A DNA stretch of 64,000 nt from Candidatus Omnitrophota bacterium (GTDB lineage Bacteria > Omnitrophota > Gorgyraeia > Zapsychrales > Zapsychraceae). This document shows positions 29,744-39,219 of this stretch, in pieces. The DNA is taken from contig JBFWOS010000001.1 of NCBI GenBank assembly GCA_050250375.1, positions 1,086,361-1,150,360 of the forward strand, read 5' to 3'. Under the pieces are notes generated by a model that saw only the letters and a program-made list of their open reading frames with translations, searched no databases and had not been told where the DNA came from. Each line of letters opens with the position of its first letter. The first letter of the stretch is position 1. The position numbers and the translations under genes were made by a program.

Positions 29744-31636
29744 TTATTCAAAGGGTTTTCCCAATTCAAATCTGGACTTGAGATCATCATGATATATGCT
29801 TTTAGCCTGATAAAACATCTTTCGAGCCTTACCCTGATATCCCAATTCTTGATAAATAGAACCCAAACGATAGTAACTGCGGGCGTCATCTGGATTAATG
29901 TCCAGGGTTTTCTGAAAAAACTCTACAGCCAGTTCATTCTGCCCCATTGAGGAATAACATTGTCCGATTTGAAAATAGGCTCTATAGTGTTTTGGATCTA
30001 AGGTTATAACCTGATTGAAATGCCGGATCGCTTCGGTATAATTCTTTGTCCTCAAATTAATCATCCCTAAATAATATTGCGCCCGAAGATGATAACCAGA
30101 TGATTTGTCAACCTTCTGCAATTCTTCAAAAGCGGTTTTATCTAAATTATTATAATAGTTGATAACTCCCAGATAATAATGAATATATGGGGCATCCTCC
30201 TGGATCAAGGCGAGACTATACCGGTAATTCAATTCCTGGTTCTGGCTATAAAACAAATTATACGGATGTATAAAGTCCGGTTCGATTTCCATTGCCTTAA
30301 ACCATGCGTCCAGTGATGAATTAAAATCATTCTTCTGAATAAATAACCATCCCAGATAACTCAGTGTTTCAATGTCGTTCGGTGAGTTTCGCAATAATCT
30401 TTTAACCTCGGCAATAGCCGGATCAAACATTTTTTTGTCTTCGTACATTCTGGCCGCGATATAATCATCATCAACAAAAGCTGAAAACCGGCGCGGCGGA
30501 TAACCCAGCCGATCAATAGTCAGAATAAAAATAGCGGCATTTATAACCAGATAAAATCCGTAAACAAGAACAACGGATTTGCAAACCCGGGAACGCCTAA
30601 ATCCTTCTGACAACATTTTGGCTGTGAAACAAACCGCTGGAATCAATACAATCGCCGCCCACCAAAACTCCCCCCACTTTAAGCCTGGCAGACTAAAAAA
30701 ACTCAACACACTGAAAACGACCGCAAAAATAAAATATAAAAGTTTGTAAAAATCATTTTTTATAAATTTAACAGAATATACCGTTCCAACCAGTAGAATA
30801 ATCCCCGTCAGACCGTCAATAATTGCATCCTCCCAACTGATTCTTAACCGATAGTCGACTCCTTCCAGCCAGGATAATGGCGCGATCAAGAAGAAGTTTA
30901 GTGCCGTCCGGTTGGGGATCCAGGCCGGCTTCAAATACATCTCGGGATTAAAAATCAACTGAGAGCTGCCGTAAATCGTGACCCATAAAATCCAGGGTGA
31001 AATCGTAACAATAAAGAATAAAAATGTTAAATAAAACTCCTTTGTTCGAAACCACTCTCTTTTTTTATTATCCGTAAATAAGAATAAAATCAATGCCGCC
31101 GCTAAAAGCAGACTTACTCCTTTTGTCAGAAAGGCCAATCCGCCTAGCGGTCCCAACCACAAAAACAGCTTTCGGTCGTTAGTTTTCACCGCTTTATGAT
31201 AGATCCAGATGATCAGCGTCGTTAAAAACAGCAACAGGCTGTTATTTTCCGACTTTACAGAAACATGCATATGAAACTGATTGAACGCTAGTAAAAATAC
31301 GGCCCAAAGGGCTTCCTGTTTTCCAATTTCCAGAACAAGGACATAAAGGACAACCAGCGTCAGGATACCAAACAACAAATGAAAAAAACGGACACCTAAA
31401 TTGGATTCGCCCAAAAACAGTGTTCCTATCTTGGTGGCATAGACGCTCAACAGCGGATGTGTTTCATAAGGGTCCTCAGCAGGAAGATTCAAATGATCCG
31501 GATTAAACGAAATTGAACGCGCGATTAATATCCCCTTACGCTCATCTTCTGTAAAAGGCGCGTTGAGAAGCATAATGCGCAATAATGAACCGATGAAAAT
31601 AAACGCAGTTAAAGTTATGTAATGTCTTTTCATCAA
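29744..31636 (-). CDS. GT-C-type membrane glycosyltransferase fused to C-terminal TPR repeats (TMTC/PMT_2-like)
   Basis: N-terminal ~11 TM helices followed by ~250 aa of TPR-like repeats (YYLGVINYYNN..., AQYYLGMINLRTKNYTEAIRHF..., AYFQIGQCY..., SYYRLGSIYQELG). Confidence 0.55.
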   Translation of the reverse strand: MMKRHYITLTAFIFIGSLLRIMLLNAPFTEDERKGILIARSISFNPDHLNLPAEDPYETHPLLSVYATKIGTLFLGESNLGVRFFHLLFGILTLVVLYVLVLEIGKQEALWAVFLLAFNQFHMHVSVKSENNSLLLFLTTLIIWIYHKAVKTNDRKLFLWLGPLGGLAFLTKGVSLLLAAALILFLFTDNKKREWFRTKEFYLTFLFFIVTISPWILWVTIYGSSQLIFNPEMYLKPAWIPNRTALNFFLIAPLSWLEGVDYRLRISWEDAIIDGLTGIILLVGTVYSVKFIKNDFYKLLYFIFAVVFSVLSFFSLPGLKWGEFWWAAIVLIPAVCFTAKMLSEGFRRSRVCKSVVLVYGFYLVINAAIFILTIDRLGYPPRRFSAFVDDDYIAARMYEDKKMFDPAIAEVKRLLRNSPNDIETLSYLGWLFIQKNDFNSSLDAWFKAMEIEPDFIHPYNLFYSQNQELNYRYSLALIQEDAPYIHYYLGVINYYNNLDKTAFEELQKVDKSSGYHLRAQYYLGMINLRTKNYTEAIRHFNQVITLDPKHYRAYFQIGQCYSSMGQNELAVEFFQKTLDINPDDARSYYRLGSIYQELGYQGKARKMFYQAKSIYHDDLKSRFELGKPFE

Positions 31637-33261
31637 TCGGAACTTGTCCTTTTAAAAATGTACACACCCTCATTATCTTTGGAAAATTGACGGATATGTT
31701 TAAACGTATGCCAGAACAGTTCCGGCCTTGTTAGATCATACCAATAGAGATTTATTTGTTTCACCGGCATAAAATCGATCCCCCGGGAAGAATAATTCTG
31801 CATTATTTGTTCGGCTTGATAAAGATAAATCCCAAAAGCAACGATATAGTCAGGAACTTCTTCCCCTTTGAAATGAATCCGGGGCAAGTCCTTAAATTGG
31901 GTGCTTTCTTTTTCGATTTGCCAGGCGTACAGCGGCTCCGGCGCATGATACATTAACGGGTATGCCGCATAATCCGGGGTCACCCACAGATTGTCCTGCG
32001 AAGAAATATTCTGACGAATCCATTGAGCCGTTTCCCAGTACGCGCTGGGGGGAGGATTTAGAATTTCCAAAATGTAATTAAAAATCGTTGACCGAATCGT
32101 GCCCCGGGCAATGACCTGACTAAAAATCGTTTTATCATCAATACCGGCTAGAGACCCCCCGTGTAAAATGTTCGTGAAAAATGACAGAACAATGATACTC
32201 AAAGCTATTAATTTTGAGTGAACCCGAATAAGATGCACGCTCAGTACAGTGATCAAAATCCCCAAAGGAATTAAAGGAACCAGATAACGGACAAACGCCA
32301 CCGACAATAAACTAATCGGTTGGGGAGACATAACCGAAACCACCAAAACATAAATAAAGAAAACCTGAAAACAGCGCCATAACCGCCTGTCTTTATGAAA
32401 AAGCGCTAAACCAGGCGCTAATAATCCGATAATTGCCCCCACACCTAATTCACAACGGTTAAAATCCCTCCAATTCCATAAAAACAAAAATCCTTTTTCA
32501 ATAATCCATGGCTTTCTGGGGACACCCCAAACATCAATCGATAAAGGATTATAAAAACTGACGAGGACTGCTCCTAATACCAATTGACTGGTTAAAAACA
32601 AAATTATTTGTTTTCTGTTCCACGGTTTTTCTTTATTTCCCCAGAAAAAATAATCGGCCGTTAAACCACCCACAACCCCGGCATAACATAGATAATTCGA
32701 ACATAACAACAAAAAAGAAAACAGGCTCAAAATAACGGTTGTTTTTGTACGGTTATCGCGAAAATGATAAAAATACGCCACAAGGACAGAAAACAACACG
32801 GCTGGGCCAAAGTAACGGCACTGGCGAAAAAACAGAAAAAATGAAACATTCGTCAAAAAACCTAAACACATAAGGATCCAGGTTATCTGCGGGGCCTGGC
32901 TGCGTCTCAACCAGAATAAGACAACCCCTAACGTCACTAATCCACAAAATGCAAATGGCATCCTGGCCGCTAATGCTGATCCCGGCGCCTGCCCCACAAA
33001 CGGCGCTGCCAGATAAAAAGATAATGGCGGGATAAACCGATTACGAAAATCTTTCAATTCTACCCCGGAATTATACGCGACAATATTTTGCCCGATCTTA
33101 GCGCTTGTATCACCGGTCCTCCAGACGGACTGGGCAAATAAAGCGGTCGTCGCCTCGTCATCCCATAAGGCGTATGATCCCAGGTTACAAAATAATAGAA
33201 ATGAGGCCGCCAAGAGAACAACAATACTCAGGAAGACTTGGGTTTGATTATTTGGAGGCAT
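31633..33261 (-). CDS. GT-C membrane glycosyltransferase, ArnT/PMT (GT39/GT83)-like
   Basis: First periplasmic loop carries LWDDEATTALFAQ, the DE-containing signature of ArnT/PMT-type GT-C enzymes. Polytopic, 542 aa. Confidence 0.6.
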   Translation of the reverse strand: MPPNNQTQVFLSIVVLLAASFLLFCNLGSYALWDDEATTALFAQSVWRTGDTSAKIGQNIVAYNSGVELKDFRNRFIPPLSFYLAAPFVGQAPGSALAARMPFAFCGLVTLGVVLFWLRRSQAPQITWILMCLGFLTNVSFFLFFRQCRYFGPAVLFSVLVAYFYHFRDNRTKTTVILSLFSFLLLCSNYLCYAGVVGGLTADYFFWGNKEKPWNRKQIILFLTSQLVLGAVLVSFYNPLSIDVWGVPRKPWIIEKGFLFLWNWRDFNRCELGVGAIIGLLAPGLALFHKDRRLWRCFQVFFIYVLVVSVMSPQPISLLSVAFVRYLVPLIPLGILITVLSVHLIRVHSKLIALSIIVLSFFTNILHGGSLAGIDDKTIFSQVIARGTIRSTIFNYILEILNPPPSAYWETAQWIRQNISSQDNLWVTPDYAAYPLMYHAPEPLYAWQIEKESTQFKDLPRIHFKGEEVPDYIVAFGIYLYQAEQIMQNYSSRGIDFMPVKQINLYWYDLTRPELFWHTFKHIRQFSKDNEGVYIFKRTSSD

Positions 33262-34906
33262 CAGTCACGGAATCCTTAGGTTCAAACACATAATGAACAT
33301 TTATCGTGTGATGATAATATGACAGCTCAAAACATGGAAATATATGGGTTTGCTTATAATATTGGTTAATTGCATCCTTAAACCGGGGTGTCCAGCGGTC
33401 GTACTCCATCCCCACCCCTGTCATGATGATTATTCCAAACCGATGGTTCTTCAGATCGTTAATTATTCGGCCTTCATCCCATTTTCCATCTAGGGCCAAC
33501 TGAGCCATGGAGAAGGACTGATAGACAGACTCTTTCCCGTTTTGAAGGGCATATCCCATATATTCAGATAACACTTCCCCGGATGAGTCGCGAATCAATT
33601 CAGTCATATCGTTTGAGGCCTGACGGTATTCCGCTGACGGCAGGGTAAAATCAATCCGTTTGTGAAGAATTAATAGTTGTATAATGAGTAACATGAAAAA
33701 AAATAAACCCAGCAGATGGGCTTCCCATTTTAGAGCTCCCCTCTCGAACCGGCTTAAAAGTAAACCTGTCAACACGCAATTTGCGGCCCAGAACTCCAAA
33801 AAGTAATTTATGGATGCCCCCAATTTCCCCGCGGTTATTGTGACCAGCAGCGAAAACAACCAAAAGAACTCGGGAACAGACATTTCCCTTTTCTTAAAAG
33901 CGATAACGACTGACAAGGCCGATATCCCCGTCAAAACCCAATGTGTATTCCAGAACTCTTTAAACCATTTGAAAAAATCACTCAGCTCAAACGAACTCAT
34001 CGTATAAAATACAGTGTGCCGGATAAACTCTCCATGGGTAACACAATTAAGCGCAAAGAGAACCCCGGCCGTTATCCCAAAGAACAAAAGCAGAAATAAT
34101 TTAAAATACTCTACGTTTCGTTTCCTATCTTGTCCCTTTATAATGTTCCATCCGTACCAAGCCGCACAAGCTACCGGTGCGGCAATCATACTTTGACGTG
34201 AATATAACGCGGCGCTAAAGCATAATACGGATAAAAAAATCGCAACAAAATCCTTAGGCTGATCTTGATTTGTGACAAGACTAATCCCGGCCAGGACAAA
34301 CATCAAAGCAAACACATCAATCCGGCAAAGGACTGACCAACAGATCAACCAGCTGGACGTAAAAAAGATTAAACCGGCAATCAGAGCCGACACCTGCTGC
34401 CGGGTGACATTGTTAACAATCTTATAGATAAAATAACCGGACAAGACAGCGGCCCCGACCGAAAGCATTCGTCCCAGCATAATTTTCGGGCCAAAAACCT
34501 TAATCAGACCTGCCAGGATAAATTCGAAGAACGGCGTATAGTTCATGACGAAATACGGCTCCCGGTCAATGGGAGAATATATATTTTCTCCCTTTGACAA
34601 CAACCAGGCCCGATTAATGATCAACCCTTCCCCGACATCAAGATCATACGGATAGACGATCAAATTAAATGCATAGGCCGCATAGTTCAGGAAGTTATAC
34701 ACCAGAACAGCCGCCATAACCCATAAAAAAATTCTGACTATCCAGTTTTCCTGAGAAGGTGTTTTGGGTAATTGAGACATTCTAGTTTGATTTCCTGATT
34801 TAAACTCAATCCTACCAGACAATATTAATTCTGCTCTTGAAGAATCTCGGGTTTGCTTAAAAAGGGAACCGCTTGATTTTTGACTAAATTTATTACTGCC
34901 AAACAA
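33248..34906 (-). CDS. Polytopic membrane protein, putative GT-C glycosyltransferase
   Basis: Polytopic membrane protein with a soluble 45-aa N-terminus. A likelier start is the Met at ~34780 (MSQLPK...), which removes the 82-nt overlap with the upstream gene. Contains PYDLDVGEGLIINRAW in the first loop. Confidence 0.4.
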   Translation of the reverse strand: MFGSNKFSQKSSGSLFKQTRDSSRAELILSGRIEFKSGNQTRMSQLPKTPSQENWIVRIFLWVMAAVLVYNFLNYAAYAFNLIVYPYDLDVGEGLIINRAWLLSKGENIYSPIDREPYFVMNYTPFFEFILAGLIKVFGPKIMLGRMLSVGAAVLSGYFIYKIVNNVTRQQVSALIAGLIFFTSSWLICWSVLCRIDVFALMFVLAGISLVTNQDQPKDFVAIFLSVLCFSAALYSRQSMIAAPVACAAWYGWNIIKGQDRKRNVEYFKLFLLLFFGITAGVLFALNCVTHGEFIRHTVFYTMSSFELSDFFKWFKEFWNTHWVLTGISALSVVIAFKKREMSVPEFFWLFSLLVTITAGKLGASINYFLEFWAANCVLTGLLLSRFERGALKWEAHLLGLFFFMLLIIQLLILHKRIDFTLPSAEYRQASNDMTELIRDSSGEVLSEYMGYALQNGKESVYQSFSMAQLALDGKWDEGRIINDLKNHRFGIIIMTGVGMEYDRWTPRFKDAINQYYKQTHIFPCFELSYYHHTINVHYVFEPKDSVTDASK

Positions 34907-36630
34907 ATGGTCAATGCCGTGACGATTAATCCGATTATAAAAGTTTCAGGAAGATAGTATAATCTGATCTGATAAGTCCCGGGCGGCAACAGGACGGAAA
35001 TCAACCCATGGATTTCTGTTACTGGTGTTTTCTTACCAGCAACCTCCGCCTTCCATCCCTGATGATAATTTTGATTGATCATCAATAGATTCGCCTCATT
35101 CAAGTTAACCGAGAATCTTTGTTCGTTTGGTGAGAAATATTCTTGGTCAATTTCCCCGTACGGTCGGTCCAAATAAAATTCTCCCCTGTAATCCGGTTCC
35201 CCCATCACTTTCACATCTCCCTGCTTAAGTTGCATTACTTCGTAAGCCTCAATTATCCCGCCGTTACTAAGAAAAACGGGATATATTGAACTGTTCACCA
35301 AATAGTCCTCATAAAACAAAACTTCCCTGTATCTCTGAGCAAATATAATATTTTCCCGAAGCTGTACAGATTCAACTCTAAACGCATTCTGAAACACCGA
35401 AGAGTTTGATTCGTATAAATCATATGTAACCAACATAAAAAGAGCCATCGGTATAACAAATAAATAATTCTTATGTTGATTACTTTTCTTTTGCATGTAT
35501 TGGTCAAATGCATAAAACGTCATCCCGGCAATAATCGAAAGATAGAAAATAAACCCAAGGATAAACCTGGAGGGGACAGTCAAAGAATCATACACTGGAA
35601 ATTTGTGAAGCATGGACCAAAGGTTTAACAATGGCGAATTACCCATCGCAATGATGAACGTGATCAGACCAGAACAAATCAACGGCCATTGCTTTTCGAA
35701 AAACTTTATAGTCCCCCACATACATAAAATTAACGGAATATATCCGACGTAAGCCCCGTATTCATGCCATTCGTAAACCAATCCCATCCTGTAACCATCC
35801 AGCCAATTCATCATATCCAATATGCTTTGGTCAGGATTCAATAGCATATGAAACAACACGTTTATCGAAACGGCGCTGTCATCAGACATCACCCGCGGAT
35901 TATGTCCAATGAAATCCAACATCGGGATCAATTTAACGGCACAAAAGAGAAATGTCCCGGCAAGAATGACGCCCAATGATTTAACCGGGAACCATTGCCG
36001 CATCTGGATGGACTTTAAAAAAGCAAACAGAACTATAAAAACCATCATAATATTAAAAACATCCACACTTCCATTGAGCAGGATCAGGCTTAGAAAAATG
36101 ATTCCCCCCAAAATATTTTTTGATTCTTCTAAACTTTTTAAATAAAATAAAAAAAACCACGGGACAAACGCCATGGCCAGCCATTCTGTGTGCCCTTCTG
36201 TGAGATGCAGCGAGAACAAAGAAGAGCCCATAAAAATAAACGATGATAAATACCCTCCCATTCCCCGAACACCGAGATGTTTGGTCAAAATATACATTCC
36301 GCAGAAACCTAAAAAAAGATGCACAGTAATTTGTATTTTTAACCCCATGATCGGTCCAAAAAATAATACGAAGATGAAAAACGGAGAAAGAAACGGTGAA
36401 TGCGGATGGGCAAGCATAACATTCCCGCCATTCACATAAGGATTCCAGAGAGGAAATTGGTGATACGTTAAAATGGTTTTATGCGGAACCGCATTCCACA
36501 TAATAAATTGATCCCAGTCCTTCTGCCCGAACAGTTCGTTGTTTTCAAAAATGGAATGAGAAAAAATGATAGCAGCCAGTGCAAAAAGAAGCATCGTGAT
36601 GAAAAAATTATTTTTCATAAAGTTCAACAT
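34825..36630 (-). CDS. Polytopic membrane protein with C-terminal extracytoplasmic domain (YfhO/GT-C-like)
   Basis: ~12 TM segments followed by a ~170-aa soluble C-terminal domain. Sits in the GT-C array. Confidence 0.35.
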   Translation of the reverse strand: MLNFMKNNFFITMLLFALAAIIFSHSIFENNELFGQKDWDQFIMWNAVPHKTILTYHQFPLWNPYVNGGNVMLAHPHSPFLSPFFIFVLFFGPIMGLKIQITVHLFLGFCGMYILTKHLGVRGMGGYLSSFIFMGSSLFSLHLTEGHTEWLAMAFVPWFFLFYLKSLEESKNILGGIIFLSLILLNGSVDVFNIMMVFIVLFAFLKSIQMRQWFPVKSLGVILAGTFLFCAVKLIPMLDFIGHNPRVMSDDSAVSINVLFHMLLNPDQSILDMMNWLDGYRMGLVYEWHEYGAYVGYIPLILCMWGTIKFFEKQWPLICSGLITFIIAMGNSPLLNLWSMLHKFPVYDSLTVPSRFILGFIFYLSIIAGMTFYAFDQYMQKKSNQHKNYLFVIPMALFMLVTYDLYESNSSVFQNAFRVESVQLRENIIFAQRYREVLFYEDYLVNSSIYPVFLSNGGIIEAYEVMQLKQGDVKVMGEPDYRGEFYLDRPYGEIDQEYFSPNEQRFSVNLNEANLLMINQNYHQGWKAEVAGKKTPVTEIHGLISVLLPPGTYQIRLYYLPETFIIGLIVTALTICLAVINLVKNQAVPFLSKPEILQEQN

Positions 36631-38284
36631 ACACCCCGTCTTTTGTTTTTTTAAGGGTTTTCGTATAATGCATATCCATATAGCGCCTTACATTTTGTGA
36701 ATTTAATCCCAATATTTTGGATTCTACCCCATCATTATGCCAACTGGCAATAATCAACCATACCCGTTCAAAATTTTGATCAACGGTCGAATCATCCATG
36801 AGTAACATTGTTCCGTTCGGCAAAGGAACAAAGACTTGCATTTGATCGATTTTATCCTGAGGGATCATCCGCAACAAAGCGTTAATCTTTAAAAAACGAT
36901 TATCAAACCTCTGCATTAATTTCGGAAACATAAAAAACCGAAATTGTTCAAACGACAACGGTAGTTTTTCTCCTGAATGTTTTAACAAATATGAGAAAAC
37001 CATCACATACGCCTGGGTATCCGTAACGACTATCCGGTCTCCCTTTTTAAAATGATCTTTAACATAATCAAACTGCGACCAATAATTTTTTTTAGGGACG
37101 ACCCCTGTAAAATAAAGCGCACGGGCCGGATGGTCAAACATGTAATTCCTGTAATAATTATAAAGACAAGAAACCTGCAGAAGTAAAATACAAATGACCA
37201 CGAAGTTCTGGTCTTTTTTTGAAGTTATCCCCTCTATCCCTTTCGCGATCAGTAAAAAATAATATGGTGAGAAAATCAATAGTTGGCGGTTGATATATAA
37301 CGGAATAACTTTCAAAGATAAAAAATAAATTAAAATAATTGGAGCAACGCCCAAGAGTAAAATCAAAACCGCTTTTGTGCGGGATTCGTTAAAACACACG
37401 TAAAACCCCCAGAAAAACAGAATAAGAAATATCACCAGACCAATGCTATATTGAATAATTCCAGCCGAATATCCGAGGCTGAAAATCATCCAGGTGAACA
37501 AAAACATGCCGGGTGTAGGCGAAGGCAGCCAGAAGTCTTCCTTGACAAAACTGACCTGACTGCTAAAAACAGGAAGATAAAAAGAACTGACTGCGGCCAT
37601 GATGACCATCGCCAAAAACCATTTTTTCATTTTTGGTTTATTGTCCTTAAAATTCATGGCCACGACAAATATACTTAACAAAAAAACAGCATAATATGTA
37701 GCAAACAACGATAAAACACCCAATATGGAAAATCCGATCCAATATCGCCATTGATCTGTGTTCAAGGCACGAATGAACAAATAGACCATAGACAAAGTCA
37801 AAAATACGGCCAAAGAGTACACCCTGGCTTCCTGGGCATACCATATATGGACGGGACTAATAGCCATTACCAGCAACGCATAAACGCTTACCTTTTGATT
37901 AAAAAACAATCTGGACAATTGATAAAAGACTCCCAATGCCAAAATACTAAACATGACAGATAGAATGCGCAGCGATTCCCCGTCCCCAAAAAATCGGCTG
38001 ACCTGATATATCAAACCATAATAAAGAGTTGAATGTGGATCATTATGAATACGATCTCTAAAAATAGTAGACCCGTTCAGATGTGATAATTGAGCCATCT
38101 TGTGAATATTATCATATGAGAACAAATCCGTTCCCAATTCATCAAACCATAGGTCATAGGCATATAGTCCATAAACTCTTACAATTATTGCACATATAAA
38201 AATAATTAAAATTATAAATTTTGGCTGACGCATCTTCAAAATAATATTTTTATTATTATTAATATTTATCAATGTAATATACAC
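36608..38284 (-). CDS. GT-C membrane glycosyltransferase, ArnT/PMT-like
   Basis: N-terminal loop YAYDLWFDELGTDLFSY (DE motif as in ArnT/PMT). Polytopic with a C-terminal soluble domain. Confidence 0.5.
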   Translation of the reverse strand: MYITLININNNKNIILKMRQPKFIILIIFICAIIVRVYGLYAYDLWFDELGTDLFSYDNIHKMAQLSHLNGSTIFRDRIHNDPHSTLYYGLIYQVSRFFGDGESLRILSVMFSILALGVFYQLSRLFFNQKVSVYALLVMAISPVHIWYAQEARVYSLAVFLTLSMVYLFIRALNTDQWRYWIGFSILGVLSLFATYYAVFLLSIFVVAMNFKDNKPKMKKWFLAMVIMAAVSSFYLPVFSSQVSFVKEDFWLPSPTPGMFLFTWMIFSLGYSAGIIQYSIGLVIFLILFFWGFYVCFNESRTKAVLILLLGVAPIILIYFLSLKVIPLYINRQLLIFSPYYFLLIAKGIEGITSKKDQNFVVICILLLQVSCLYNYYRNYMFDHPARALYFTGVVPKKNYWSQFDYVKDHFKKGDRIVVTDTQAYVMVFSYLLKHSGEKLPLSFEQFRFFMFPKLMQRFDNRFLKINALLRMIPQDKIDQMQVFVPLPNGTMLLMDDSTVDQNFERVWLIIASWHNDGVESKILGLNSQNVRRYMDMHYTKTLKKTKDGVYVELYEK

Positions 38285-38355
38285 CAGAATGGAATTGAAT
38301 TGAACGAAATTCTAAAGAGTTATATGAAGAACATCAATCTTGTGCGGAAAAATGA

Positions 38356-38586
38356 TTATTGGTAGCAAATGCCGGAGAAAACCGAAGCACCACCGGGCGT
38401 ACTTCCTGTATTCACCCAATTCGTGGTTGTCCCGCCACAGGCGGTAGGCCCCAAAGATGTCGCCAGCGATAACGTCGCGCATTGGGCTTGCACATCTTTC
38501 GGTTCAGACAGGACAACATAGCCAAAAAGACTTACAAAGACCATATATATGATTAGCAGCGAATAAATTATTCTATCTTTGTTCAT
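38356..38586 (-). CDS. Small secreted Cys-rich peptide, paralog 3
   Basis: 76 aa. Signal peptide ending VQA-Q. Mature peptide with 3 Cys, Thr/Gly/Ser-rich. Confidence 0.5.
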   Translation of the reverse strand: MNKDRIIYSLLIIYMVFVSLFGYVVLSEPKDVQAQCATLSLATSLGPTACGGTTTNWVNTGSTPGGASVFSGICYQ

Positions 38587-38601
38587 ATTAAAGCCCCTAG
38601 C

Positions 38602-38862
38602 TTAATTTTGAAAACATAAATATGCGTTAATCGGCACACCGTATGGTCCCGCAGTATATCCCATAATTTGTGGACCACTGGGCTGAGCCGTGCCCGGACA
38701 ACCTGGTATACATCCGGCACCTGTACAGGTTTCAATCGTTATTTGAAAACACGTAGTCTGGGCATTGACAATACTTGGTTTATATAAAACCGCATAAAGA
38801 AGCAAATAAACGAATACCATCGTCGTTGAAATGAACATATATATGGTTCGTTTTCTATTCAT
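38602..38862 (-). CDS. Small secreted Cys-rich peptide, paralog 2
   Basis: 86 aa. Signal peptide ending VNA-Q. Mature peptide QTTCFQITIETCTGAGCIPGCPG... with 5 Cys. Confidence 0.55.
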   Translation of the reverse strand: MNRKRTIYMFISTTMVFVYLLLYAVLYKPSIVNAQTTCFQITIETCTGAGCIPGCPGTAQPSGPQIMGYTAGPYGVPINAYLCFQN

Positions 38863-38876
38863 AAAAAATAACCTTT

Positions 38877-39140
38877 TTATGGATTAAAGCATAAACCTGT
38901 TTTCATCTGTACTCCATATACACCAGGGGTGTATCCACTATTGACAATATCCGATGATAATAAACCGTTCAATGGACATATAGGTGTACACGTTGCTCCT
39001 ATGCATGTTGCTAGGGTGATTCTATAACACACCTGCGCTTCAACTTCTTTTGGTTTACTCAAAAAAGAATATAAAAAAGTATACGCCGCAACAATCATCA
39101 CTGGAATAAATAAATAGATCAAACGCCTTTTAGACATCAT
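38877..39140 (-). CDS. Small secreted Cys-rich peptide, paralog 1
   Basis: 87 aa. Sec-type signal peptide (n-region KRR, h-region, cleavage-like VEA-Q). Mature ~52 aa with 5 Cys, Thr/Gly-rich. Confidence 0.55.
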   Translation of the reverse strand: MMSKRRLIYLFIPVMIVAAYTFLYSFLSKPKEVEAQVCYRITLATCIGATCTPICPLNGLLSSDIVNSGYTPGVYGVQMKTGLCFNP

Positions 39141-39219
39141 CTTCTCCTGAAAAAACCTATCAAAATTATATCATCCTGTATAAACTCTATCAAGCTCCGG
39201 AATCACATCATCAACCAAC

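Noticed and set aside
38356-39140. Interpretation of the three small Cys-rich peptides as RiPP precursors for the rSAM/SPASM enzymes
   Set aside because: Downweighted rather than excluded. The peptides have classical Sec signal peptides with AxA cleavage sites, lie ~17 kb from the SPASM genes with unrelated genes between, and no RRE/leader-recognition domain was seen. Surface/secreted mini-proteins seems more likely.
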